Positions 11,030-23,043 of a stretch of DNA of 64,000 nt are shown piece by piece. The DNA is from Amphiscolops sp. MND2022 (Eukaryota). The position numbers and the translations under genes are program-made. Positions within the stretch are counted from its first letter, which is position 1. Each line of letters begins with the position of its first letter. The stretch spans positions 18,292,001 through 18,356,000 of the forward strand of contig OZ076409.1 of NCBI GenBank assembly GCA_964187785.1, in the 5' to 3' direction. The notes under the pieces are model-generated. The model was not told the origin of the DNA, did no database searches, and was given only the letters and a program-made list of their open reading frames with translations.

Positions 11030-14000
11030 TCGGCTTGGGTGTACCCTTTGTTCGGCTCCAGGTTTGGCCTGTGAAATAAACAACTTTTCTCATACCCAAA
11101 ATTTTCCTTTATAAGATATGCTACCGTATCAATTCGGTCTATTGGTGTTTCGGTTTGACCGCCTATGTTTATTTTCAGAATTCTCACCCTGAGGCATTTC
11201 TCCGTCTTATGGATTTGTATCACATCGTTTTCCGGGTCTGTTTGTATCGGTGCGTACCGTCCATCTTTCTCCGATGTTTCATACGTCTTCCCGGCTTCTT
11301 CCGGCATTTCATCATCTTCATCCTCGTCTTCGTCTTCCGTCTCTGTTTCGGTGTGCTTTTTTTATTTTGTACAAAACGTAGCTTCCCGTTTAGAATATCT
11401 CTGAGGATTTCATCCCATTTCCCGTATTTGCCGTCAAGTCCACGTAAGCAGTGACGGTTCTTGGATGTTATTTCGGCTGAGACTGCCGGTGCCGATTCTC
11501 TTCGGTGTCTTTTCTCGCTCTGAAATATTGGACCCGAAATAAATTTTCGGTGTAATATTTTTCCCGTGTCGGTTTTTACGGTGTTTCCGGTTCCACTCAT
11601 TGCGGTTTGTATTTTGATTGGAATCTACCTTCTAAGGATTTTCGGTTATGCCTCTTTTCTAGAAATTTGAAAGGATATCTAACCGGGTTCCTTTTCTTCA
11701 GTGATTTTGACTCCGAGGCCAGTTGCCGTTCTTCGGCTTTTGTCCAGGCCATCACCATGTGATTGGTTATCTCCCCATCTGCGTCTCTTCCGACATATAT
11801 CGATATATTTGGCCGATTTGGTGATGAAACGGACAGTTCTGACCAATTTGATAGGAATGATTTTTCGTCTTTTAATATATTAGTTAGCTCCGTTCTCGGT
11901 TTTCGACAGTGATGTAGTTCAAATGGTGTTTTCTTTTGTCCCGTGTGTATTGTAAACCGCATTACTTTTAATGCTCTGTTCACACTTTCGGTTAGACTTT
12001 TTCCGTCTTCCATATTAGCTAACACTAAATTTTTCATCGCTTGTATTGCTCTTTCGACTGTTACGTTTCCGGTATGCATTCGGGGTGGACAGTGGACAGT
12101 ACTGTATTTCTATGTTTCGGGCTTTACAAAATTCTTTGTATTCGATTGAAATGAACGCCCCCCCCCCCCTTTATCAGATTTAATTTTTTCTGGAACACCA
12201 TAAAAATTAAACTGATTTGATAGAAAGCTTATGACTTCTTGTGTTTCCAACGTTTTACAGATTTTCGCCGTCGGCCATTTGCTAAACCGGTCTATTGCAA
12301 TTAGTATTTGGGGTTCGCCGTTCAAGTTTTTTTATGTAATTTTCCGGTAAAATCAATTTGCAGTTCTTGTCCGGGTTCGGATAATTTTTCTAACTTTCTG
12401 TACTGATATTTTTGGAATTTGATATTCAAGGTTCTTACCTGTAGCTAAGCAGGCTGTACAGTCTTTTACTCTTTGCTCAATGTCCTTCCGCATTTCAGGC
12501 CACCAGAATATCTTTGCATCGGATAGCATTTTAGTTGTTCCGGAATGACCAGAGTGTAGAATTTCGATAAGTCCTCTTCGCAAATCAATGGGGACGGCGA
12601 TTTTGTCATAAACGAAGACTAGACCCCATCGGACCTAGGGCTTGTCGAATACCGCTCTGTATCCTTCGAGCGCGGAATCTCTCTCCTCTCTCCTCATGCT
12701 GGTCCAGACCCGTGTCATTTCCGGATCAACCGCCGTTTTGGATATGAGTGTTTTGAGGTCAAGCATGAAGTTAAATTCTGCTTTCTTTAAATTTTCTTCA
12801 GTCATTCTCTTGTTCTCGGTAAGCCTGCCCACTATGTGATTAATCTGGATATAGTGAGCTTCCTTGCCTTCTGTGTGGTATTTGCTAAGGTCGACGATCG
12901 GCAAGTTGTCTCCCCGCATTATCACATTGTCTTCTTCGGTATCTACCGTATTTTGTTCGGCCTCTACTTCCCCCTCTTCGGGTGCTTCCGGCTCTTCTTC
13001 TTCTTCTTCTTCTTGGATTGGCCGGTATCCGCTGCCTATTCGGTTAGCTCTTTGTCTGAGCTCCGCATCGATCTCCGCAATCTCTTCCCGGCTTCTTTTG
13101 TTCGGCCTTGATGGTGTAAATATCATCCTCTGTGATTGCGGATCGTACCGTCTCAGCATCGTTCCGGGCCTTGCTAGTGCTTCTCTCCTTTCTACCAGTC
13201 TCCGTGTTTCGGGGCTTTTGTTTCTTCTTCTTTTGATTTCCATGATTTCCCGGTTTGCTCCCCAGTGATACAGGTTTTCTCGGTTCGTTTTCTCATCATC
13301 TTCTTCTCCTTTTGAATTTAAACCGGTCTTTGCGGTGCTAATTTCGGGTTGCCCGGATGTGGTATTCTCGCTTTCGTTAGTTTTGTTCGCGTGGCATTTG
13401 TTCTGGAATGTTCTAATTGCGTGTGATTGGTCGTTCTTTAGCTCTCGGATGTATTCCGTTTTATCTCGGTTTCTTGTTTGCTGTAATTTGATTGGCTGTC
13501 GAATAACGAACCATATTTTGCGTTCGATTCCGCGTTTTCGGTTATTGTGTTAATGACGTATTCTTCATCGTATTTGTATTCTGTCGGTGCTCCCCTACCG
13601 GATTTCTGCTGAGATAGTCGGTGAAGTTCACATTACTGCCGGCGATATGTTGAACTGCAATATCAAAATGCGCCAACCGGTCTAACCATCTAGTTAATCT
13701 TGCACTATTTTGATGGTCGCTTCGGTTCCGTTTTATTAGGGGTTCTAGTGCTTGGTGATCCGTGTATAGGTATACCTTCTTTCAGTATAGGTAAAATCGG
13801 AATTTTTCCAATCCCCAAACTACTGCTAATAATTCGAGTTCGCCAATAGAGTAGTTCTTTTCGGTGTCGTTTAGATATCTACTACCGAATGCGATCGGTT
13901 TAATTTCCCCGTCGTCTTGTTTTTGCCAAAATGTAATTCCGAGACCGGTTTTGCTCGCGTCTGTCGTTACCATGTTATCTTTGCCTTTTGCATAATGCGC

Positions 14001-15112
14001 TAAACATGGTTTTCCGGTCAACATCTGTTTTATTTGATTGAAGTCGTTTTCTTGTTCTTCTCCCCAAAGCCGTGGTTCAATCTTTTTCAGTAACGTTTGC
14101 GGTCTGTCCGTCATTTCCAATAGTTTCGGTAAGAATTTTGCTAAGTATTGTATTGCGCCGAGGAATGATTTCAGTTCTTTTGTATTTTTTGGTGACTTCA
14201 ATTTTTGTATCGCTTCAACTTCCTCCTTGTTCTGTTTTATTCCGGTTTCGTCAATTTCATGTCCCAACCATTTTGTTTGTTTTAGGAAGAATTCTGAATT
14301 TCTTTTGCTCGCCCGGTATCCGGCTTTTTCGAGTTTAGATAGAAGGTCAAATAGTTTCTTCTCGTGTTCTTGTTTACATCCGCGTGTTACTACTATAATG
14401 TCATCTAGCCATGCCGGTGTGCTGTATTCCAGTGTTCGGTCTATTTTCTCATGGAAAATTGTAGGGATGTCGGCGAATCCGTAAAACCCTTTTTTAAATC
14501 TATACTATCCGCTGAATTTTGCTCCGGTAATTGCAAATACACATTGTCGGTTCGTTTCTTCGGAAAGTTTCATTTGTCCGTATGCGTAATCTAAGTCAAT
14601 TTTTGAAATGATTAGTTGTAATGTTCGGTCTCGTGTAATTTCCATCGATACCTGGTTTAACAGTTCCTCCATATCTGGTCTCCGTTTAATGAAGCTGTCA
14701 TTTAGTTTTCGGGAGTCCAAAATAGTGCTATTTTTACTGATTTGTCGTTCTTTACCGTTATTACTACCGGTGATACAAAGAAGTCTTCATCCACGTTATT
14801 TACTTTCGCCAGGTGTCCGGCTTTTATTAGCTTTTCAAGTTCTTGTCCTAAATCTTCTTGTAGGTGTAACGGGATCGGTCTTGGTTTTTGTTTCACAAGG
14901 TAATGTCCGGGTTTCAGTTGTATATTTATTTCGGTATCTTTCATTGTCCGGTTGTTCTCAAATAGGTCCAGGAACTTGTTAATTACTCTCTCCTTTTCTG
15001 ATTGGTTGGTTTCGGCCAATTGTATTCTACCGATTGTCAACTTGAAACTTTTCATCCCGTCCATGCCCAATATGGGTGTTATGTCCGTTTTTTCGGTGAT
15101 TAGTATTTCCAT
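11030..15112 (-). pseudogene. pol: Element B pol (RT-RNase H-integrase), fragmented
   Basis: ORF fragments 14702-15112, 14505-14720, 13782-14267, 12635-13243, 12353-12583, 12110-12325 and 11597-12079 carry RT, RNase H and integrase motifs in order. Confidence 0.9.
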
Positions 15113-15154
15113 TTTTTGTTTGTTGTTTTCGTATTCTATGTTTTCCGGTATTTT

Positions 15155-16276
15155 CTACCGGAATTTTACTTCGTTCTTGTTTACATCTTGGTATCGGTTT
15201 GTTATTTTCTGTATTTCGGTCTTCTTCAAGTTTTGTTCGTCGAGTGGCATTATGGTCACCGGTGATCCGGTATCAATGATGAATTCTTTTGGTGTTCCGT
15301 TTATCTTTATTTTTGCTGTATATTGCTTCTGTTTTTCTACAATGTTCTTTATTTCTTCTATGTGGTATATACTTTCGTCGGATTCACTCATCGATTCGTT
15401 CGGTTCTGTTTCTTCTTCGGTAAGATTTCTCACTGTTCGGTTATTCTTTGTTCTTTGTTTGCAAGCCCGTGCGTAGTGTCCTTTCTTTCCGCAGTTGTTG
15501 CAATTTGATTCTAATGCTGAGCATTTGTGTATTGGGCTCCAGTTTGGTGCGTTGCAAAATCTGCATGGTCGGTTTCCCGCTGTTCTCGTTTTCGGTCTGG
15601 TTCCGAATTTCTCCATTCTCTGTATTGGTTCTTCTTTGCTTATTTGTTTTTCTTTTGTCGTGATTAATGCCTCTGGTATTGTGTTCTTCTTGTTTTTCTT
15701 TTCATAGGTGTTTTGCTCGATCATTTCGATTGTTTTCTTCACCTCTAGTGTCTTTTCTTTCATTAGTTTGTCCCGTAACTTTTTGTCGGTAATCGCTGTC
15801 ATGTATTTGGATATTAGTAGTTCTTCGGCTGAAATCCTATCGATTTTACATTCTTTCTCTATTTCGATCAGTCGTCTCCAGAATTCTTCGTTTGTTTCAT
15901 TCTCCGATTGCTTTGCCCAAAAAAAATCTCCTCTGTTATGGTATGTATTTCGTTTTGGGAGGTAGTGTTCGGTATATAACCGGATTAAGTCTTTGATTTT
16001 TATGCTAACCGGTTCCGTTTTGTGTTCGGCCCCGGTTATCTGGTACAGTGCTTCCCGTCCCACTCCCCAGATGAAGTCTTTTTGGATTTTTGCTTCTTTT
16101 TTGGTGGTTCATCCGGTTTCTGTGATTTCTTCCCCTTTTACTAATGGCGTGATTTCGATTTTGTGTTCCCGTTTAGTAAACTGCCTGAATCTCTCCAACC
16201 ATTGTCTCGGGGTAAATATTGGGTTCCCGTCTGATGCCTTTGCTTCCAGGTTCGGTACAATATTCTTTTCTGCCAT
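15155..16276 (-). pseudogene. gag: Element B gag-protease (disrupted)
   Basis: ORF 15155-16063 contains CCHC knuckles and the aspartic protease motif DTG. The upstream part from 16276 is interrupted by a stop. Confidence 0.85.
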
Positions 16277-16327
16277 AGTTCCGATTAAAATTTTCAGTTT
16301 GTTTTAAAAATCTTGCTTACTGCGTCA

Positions 16328-17641
16328 TGTTGTATTTCTAACTAGTTCTAGGAAAGAATAGAGTTTTCCAAACTAATATCTCTTCTGTATCAAAGCATAG
16401 GCTATTCAACAATAACATAATGCAAAGTTAGTGCAAAAGATTCCCCCATTCTTTCTTTTACTTTTATAACGTAACCTACAAAACCGGACGAGAAAAGAGG
16501 GTTTCCCTTCGAGTTTTTTGATATCTTGCAGTCGAATGTATGGTAATAAACTTCAAATGTCCCCCGTTTTTTTATTTTTCGGTACTATGCGACATTTTTT
16601 GAAAGGAAAAATACCAAGTTTTTTTATAAAAAAAGTTTTTTTGTTCCCACTTTGCGCTTTTTGACCATTAGATATCGCGCCTATTTTAGACGTTCTCGGC
16701 TTGTTGTCTTCAAGAAGCTGCAAAAGTCAATGGCAGAAAATATTAATTCATTATACCAAGTGGTTAAAATTTGAATGAAAGTGACTCTTCCAGTCAATTG
16801 GAAAAAGTAGCTTTTGAGTTGAATTCTAATCGTCAGTAGCCCTAGCAACTGCGTGTATATGCACAAGCAAACAACTGTCTATGCTATTGTTCATTAAGAT
16901 ACCAAAAAGCTGGAGACACCCAATTTGACTGACTAAAACTTTTAAAGCGTATTATCTTTAAATTTTTATTTCATCTTTATTATTTTTATTATAATTCTAT
17001 ATTATTATCTTATTATCTTTTTTACAAAAAATGTCCCAGGAGCAAAACTTTCTCAACTTTTGATCAAAATTAAAATGGTGTCATTTGTTTTGATGAAGTG
17101 AAAGTTTGACAGTTATGGAACATAGTAGTTTGAGAAGCTTTGGGAATTTTCGAATTCCTTTAGGCAAAATCGCAAAAAAACTATCAGTAGACTGTTACAC
17201 AGTAACAAGACGGGAACATCTCGAGTCGGCGCTATATCTAAGGCTCAAAATATCAAAAAATTGAAGGGGGACACTTTGTAAACTATGAAAAATTTCCGAA
17301 AAAAAAGAAAAATGAGAATTCCGAAAAAATCTCTTATTGCCAAAAAATTCAAAAAGGGAGACCCTTTGGGCTTTTTGAAACTTCAGTTTACTGCAAAATA
17401 TCAAAACAAACTTGAAAGAGGACCCTGTGGAGACAAAAAAAATTTCGAAAAAAAGTCGCACAGTGCCGAAGAAACCGAAAAGGGGGACCCTTTACACTCA
17501 TCCGGTTTTGTAGGGTACGTTTAAAAAGTAGAAAACCAAAAAGGGGTTCCTTTGGAGACAAAAAAATTCGGGTGTTCGTTTAGTTTCCTTTAGTTGAACA
17601 TACTTAACGTTAACGTTCGTCGCTTCGAGTCTGTTTTAAAA
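16328..17641 (+). repeat. Second copy of duplicated segment 9596-11029 (LTR plus flank)
   Basis: Near-identical to 9596-11029 apart from scattered substitutions and a ~117-bp deletion that removes the LTR end and TSD. Confidence 0.92.
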
Positions 17642-17705
17642 AAGAAAAAAAACCGAGTGACTGTAATAGTCGGGCTCTTTTATCAATAAAGGCGCCAACT
17701 AAAAA
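17204..17705 (-). mobile_element. HINE-like family 1, complete copy
   Basis: AACAAGACGGGAAC..AGTCGGCGC at one end and GTGACTGTAATAGTCGGGC..GGCGCCAACTAAAAA at the other. Confidence 0.65.
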
Positions 17706-17719
17706 CTACCTCGATTACT

Positions 17720-18287
17720 TTTGTAGCCTTGGGTTACTTTCCTAACAAAGGAAAAAAGCCCGACTATTACAGTGACTAGTTTTTTTGTCAGACAACAGAA
17801 TGTATGCATAGTGGGCATTTTTTCTACAGAACTACTAAACTACTGGACAGGCAATAGAAACGCACCTAAGGTAGTGCAAAGGGTTCCCCCTTTTGTGTAC
17901 TCAATTTTTAACGTAAGATACAAAACCGGACGGGCAATAGGGGACTGCCTCTTTGAATTTTTCCGACAGTGTGCGACTTTTTTTCGAAATCTCCAAAGGC
18001 CCCCTTCAATTTTGTTTTGATATTTTGCAGCAAACTGAAGTTTCAAAAAGCCCAAAGGGTCCCCCTTTTGAATTTTTTGGCAATATGAGACTTTTTCGGA
18101 ATTCTCATTTTTCTTTTTTTTCGAAAGTTTTTTATAATCTCCGAAGGGTCCCCCTTTCAATTTTTTTGATATTTTGCAACAAACTGGACTTTCAAAAAGT
18201 TGAAAGGGTCCCCCTTTTACAATTTCAAAACCTTTGCACTTTTTGAAATTTGGATATAGCGCCGACTTTAGAAGTTCCCGTCTTTTT
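17720..18287 (+). mobile_element. HINE-like family 1 copy
   Basis: AAAGCCCGACTATTACAGTGAC near the 5' end and AGCGCCGACTTTAGAAGTTCCCGTCTTTT at the 3' end, with internal CCCCTTT-type subrepeats. Confidence 0.6.
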
Positions 18288-18931
18288 AACAATTGTATCG
18301 ACTACTTTTCTGAAAAAGACTTTTTTGCAAAACAAACACCCAGAAACAGTTGTGGTTCTGTCGAAACAATATTTTTACGAAACAAACACCAAGGATTCTC
18401 ATTTCTGATCATTTTGCGGTGTAAATTCATAACGAGGGCGTCTTGAGAAAGAGTGGTAAAGTTAAAAGTTTTAGATCTCCACCGAAGCTACAAAGTTTCT
18501 CGCTGCCATTTCTTGTTACCAAGAGCAGTGTTCGAGATATTGCACAATCAATTTCAGAAAACGCCAAAAGTCAAAATTGCAATTTATTAAGTTAACTGTA
18601 ATAACTGTTTTTACTTTGTTTGAACTCCAAACAAAAATACCGTTGTAATTCTGATCAAAATTTGAGGCAGTCAAATCGAGTGTCTTTAGCTTTTGGTCAC
18701 CCTAGTGTAAGAAGAAAGAAAAGCCAATTTTTGCACGACATGAAAAATGACAGTAATTTTTGCGAGAGCCCTTTTTTGCAAAACAGTTCACCTGAAATAA
18801 ATAAATCTGATTTAATTCCACTGTTTTAGATATTAGGCCCCTTTTGTACACTTTTTTGAAAGATTCTAAGGGTTAGAAGACCTACAGAGTTCACCCACGA
18901 AACAACTAGCTATCCTGTACGCTTTAACGAA

Positions 18932-19885
18932 CCCGGGTTGACCCTCTTACTACATCTTGGCAGCCATGGATCCCATGGCAAGATTCTTATTAAGATCTTA
19001 CTAAGATAATACTTATTCCAAGATCGTATTTTATCACGATGGACAAAACTTCAAGATTATAAAAAACACTATACCTTCGGTACAAGCAGCCGAGACTCAA
19101 TCTGAAGGCTCATTTCACCCAACAACGACTATTTCTACTCGTTTTCATAATCAAAATGCTTAAACCTGCTGAAAAAATTTTGCATGCAAAAATACGTGAA
19201 AAATTACGATAACGTATTCTGGCTTCCGAAATTTTGACGAGAATCCTAATAAGTCCTCACCTGTTTAAGACTGAGAAATTCGAATGTACCAAATGAAAAG
19301 TCATATCAAGGGCTTTCCAAAACTTGTAATTCATCACTCCTGTCGACTCCAGAGACGGAGAAATATGCTCTCAAACGTCCAGACGCACTATCGGAAAGTT
19401 ACAAAAGAAAGACCTTAAAATCCGGAAATTTTTGTAAAATCATTCTTTCAGCTTTCTTTGAGCCTGTTCCAGCAGCCTTATTACTGCTAGAAACGGCGGT
19501 CATTGAACTAAGTTGAGCAATAATTCAGCTCAAGGCTTTGTTGTTGTTGGCGACAGTTTTCCAGTTGAAAGAACAATTTAACCAGCCTTCCAAAATAAAT
19601 ACCTCTTCAACCAAATTTTATACATTGCTAACAGAAGTTTTAATGTCTAACAATATAAATCTGCAGAAATGTTGATTTTTGTTGACTTCCTTTCAGATTT
19701 TTTCTTTCCAAATAGGATTTTACAATAAAAGTTTTCTTGGAAACATGGCTCTCTTGATAAGATCTTACCATGACATTTTGCAATTCTTGCCAATATCTTG
19801 GCAAGATCTTAGCTAAGATTTTTCCAAAATCTTGGCAAGATCTTGCCAAGATCTTACTAAGATATCCATGGAGGGTCGACCCGGG
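18932..19885. mobile_element. Non-autonomous TIR element (CACTA/EnSpm-like MITE, 954 bp)
   Basis: 15-bp TIRs CCCGGGTTGACCCTC / GAGGGTCGACCCGGG (one mismatch), AA on both flanks (possible 2-bp TSD), and clustered subterminal AAGATCTT/CCATGG repeats at both ends. The superfamily assignment is inferred. Confidence 0.7.
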
Positions 19886-22800
19886 AAGACCAAAACTTTT
19901 TTCAAAACGGTGCACCCAAACATCTGAAAATGTTTTTTCTCCTTTTGACATTTTGCGCAATTTTTGTACATTTTGCAAATATGGTGCCATAAATTGTTTT
20001 GGGAAATTAATATCCGGAAAAAAGCACTGTTATCCGGCCTCCACACAACGATGCCACCACCATTGGAATGGAACAAACTATATGGAAACTGTCGGCGGTT
20101 TCATGCAATTGATTTTGTGTTTTGTGGAAAGGAGTGTTCGCAGAACTCAACAACTAAACAGTAAGCAAATTAGCACACATTTTGAAGCTTCTGGGTGTTT
20201 ATTGCGGGAATGAGCTTTCAAAGGGTTCAACAACAGATTACTTAGCTACTCAGTCTCCTCTTGTTTGGAGGAATATGATTTTTATTTATTGAAAAACAGG
20301 TATAAAATGAACCGAAAGTGTCGATAATTTCAATTTTTATTGGATTTTTTCACAAAATTGCAATCTATTAGCTACGCCCGAGACTTGAAGATAAGTCGTC
20401 GCTAAGCTTGTTCGGGGCGGAAAATATCCCTCTGCTTAGCGGGTGTCTTGTTTGTTTTATTGCTGAACCTTTTTTGTTGAAACAATCATCATCTTGTTGG
20501 CTATCATGCGTAGTTATCATACGTAAAACTATCATAATTTTCTGTAAAGGAAAAGTAAAAAAATTTAAAGGAAAAGTTATTTTCATTTAAAGACAATTCA
20601 AAGCACCAAATGTTATACTTCTCGTAGATCGCACTTTGACTTACACAGATTACACGCAGATGGTTTAAATTTCATGACGCAAGAACAGCGGTCAGTCGTT
20701 TTTCCTGGTAAATTTAGATTTTATTCGAACTAAATTGTAAAACTGTAAATAAAAGAAAAGGTGGCACTAACATGTAGAACAGAGCTCCATTTGCAAAGGT
20801 ATTCTTTGTATCCGGGCCTGCAACAAAAATAGAAACAGATGCACCGAGTTGAGAGGAATTTGCCACAAATTTTTGAAGTTCACAGCCAACAAGTTGACTC
20901 TGTTGTGAGACAGCAACTAATTGGCGAAGGAAATTCGAGACGGAAGTAGTCAAATTTAGTGACTGTGTAGTCGGAATGTCTTCAAATTCTCGTGAACAGA
21001 GCAAAGAGTTTCGCGCAATTTTATAGATTCATCGACAACGTTTGTTATTCCTCCAATAACAATTTTAGCCTTTTCAGCTAACAAGTCTCTAAGACAGGGA
21101 ACCGCTTTTTGGCGTGAAGAAATTAATGACTAAGATAAGCTAGAGTTGTAATCTACAATTTCGAGTCTTTTTAATTCTTTCCTCAACCGTCACCACCACA
21201 CAAGGGATTCAACGCTATCTAATACCCCGTCCAACTTCGCCGCTGTCTATAGTTGCTACTACTGCTGCTGCTTCTACAATCCAAACACGAAACCCGAAGG
21301 GGACAAATTGGTCCAAAGAAACGAAGAATTGTTCGAGACTGTATAACCTTATTTATTAACTTGTTTGTCTATATAGCATCACGAAGCACCAAGTTAATGT
21401 TAAAAGTTACAAGCTCCAACCCGAAATTGAATTCCTGCCCTGCTAAGTTGAGAAACAGGCAACGAAGTGACGCGTTAACAAGAGCATACAAGGATGGACA
21501 TGTGTTACATGAGGCGATGGTAATTTATTGGCGCATTAGCACCGAGCTATATGACATGGAAATAAATTCTTCCTGCCGCTACTGGAAACACGCCGGATTC
21601 TGCTTTTTTCAGTGTGTTTAATTAAATCTCGTTAACTCAATTTCTTCATGGGGCTTTGAAAATTGCAACTTTTTAAGCGATCGCAAAATAATTGACCGTA
21701 ATTGACTGCAAGGGTTGTAAATCCGTGCTAAAAACACGAAGACAAGTTTGTACGTTATAATTGGTAAGTGTCTCATTGCTCAGGTTTAAAGACTAGCTTT
21801 TAACATCAAGACTAGCGACGAATTTCTTTTCCAATATAGTAATGACATCCCATTGAGTTGGATTTGAAAATTCTGAGACAACAATGAATTTCGTACACCA
21901 AAAAAAATACAAATAAAATTTAACAACAGACGATGCGCAGCGGCACTGCGATATTTCTTGCATTTATAAGACACCTTAGGCAAAAAAAAAACGGAAATTC
22001 CAAACCGTGTTTAGACAAAAACGCTCAAACATCAATTTTGTTTAAAAGAGAAAAAGTAACTTTAATAATCTCAACTAAAATACTCTTATAGATCTCAAAA
22101 CCAATTCAAGTATATAGGGTTTCAAAATAGAAGTTTCCACCGCCTTCTCTTTGGCATAACCTAGTCGGGAAAAACGCCAATAAATTGGTATTATCATGCT
22201 TCAATTTGAAACAAGCCGGAACTGCCTAAATCGGCGCCTTGTTTAGTCTCAAAAAGAGCACAACGTTTTCAATATGCTCAAGAAAAATGCATACTTATTC
22301 GGATTAACCTCAGAGCACCAAAGAAATCACCCCTGAACTCGAAAAACACTTTTTTAAACGAAAAACATGAAAGAACCCAAAAATCCGAAGAGGGAACCTT
22401 TTGTCTCGTATACATTAGCAAACATAAAAATAGCACATCGAGGCACTTGAACCAACGTACACCTGAATACCAGTCCCAGTCATCACGCAAAGAACCCGTG
22501 TTGAAGTACCTTCCAAATTTCCAAGGAGAATTTATGAATTAGGGAAGCAATTCTTGCAAAAACTCCAATCCTGCAGTAAAGATTTTTCGTTTAGTAGAAG
22601 GACAAAAAAATGGACTGTCAGCGTGAAACAAATTGATACTGGTTTTTACAAGACGGTCCGACTCCGTTAAAGAGCTCGATAAGACTGAATGATTGTAAAT
22701 ACTGAATTCATATTCAACTGTACTCAACAAAAAGACCAAATGGTGAATGATGTTTCGCGCAAGTTTCTTTCACAGTTTAGTTGATCGACAACCTGTTTGT

Positions 22801-23043
22801 CTTTTTTAGTGAGTTACGTAGCATCGCTTAAAGCTCTGCCACATCCCCCACAAAAAATCAAAAAGTGCATCTGAATAAAACCCACGTTGACTTGCGAATT
22901 TAATTTACAACCTGTTTACATAATATTTCGTGTATCTGTATTGTAGGTTACATGACTTCAATGATATTGTAATAATGGAGTACATCGTTTGTAGATTGTT
23001 TTTAGTCGGCGCTGTTTCCCTTCAGTAGTTTTTTAGTCGGCGC

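Larger units (their letters stand above)
11030..16420 (-). mobile_element. Decayed Ty3/Gypsy LTR retrotransposon (element B), 3' end missing
   Basis: 5' LTR remnant 16328-16420 and PBS-like TGACGCAGTAAGCAAG (16327-16312, resembling tRNA-Ser-type TGGCGCAG PBSs). gag-pro starts at ATG 16276 (knuckle CNNCGKKGHYARAC, protease IIDTGS). RT 14270-15112 (SKIDLDYAY, WLDD), RNase H 13600-14000 (TTDAS, ELELLAVVW), integrase 11597-12583 (HSGH..CTAC, IDRFSKW, SDKG). Scattered stops and frameshifts. Confidence 0.93.

Noticed and set aside
20714..21004. Possible host exon on the minus strand
   Set aside because: No recognisable protein family and no convincing in-phase acceptor or partner exons.
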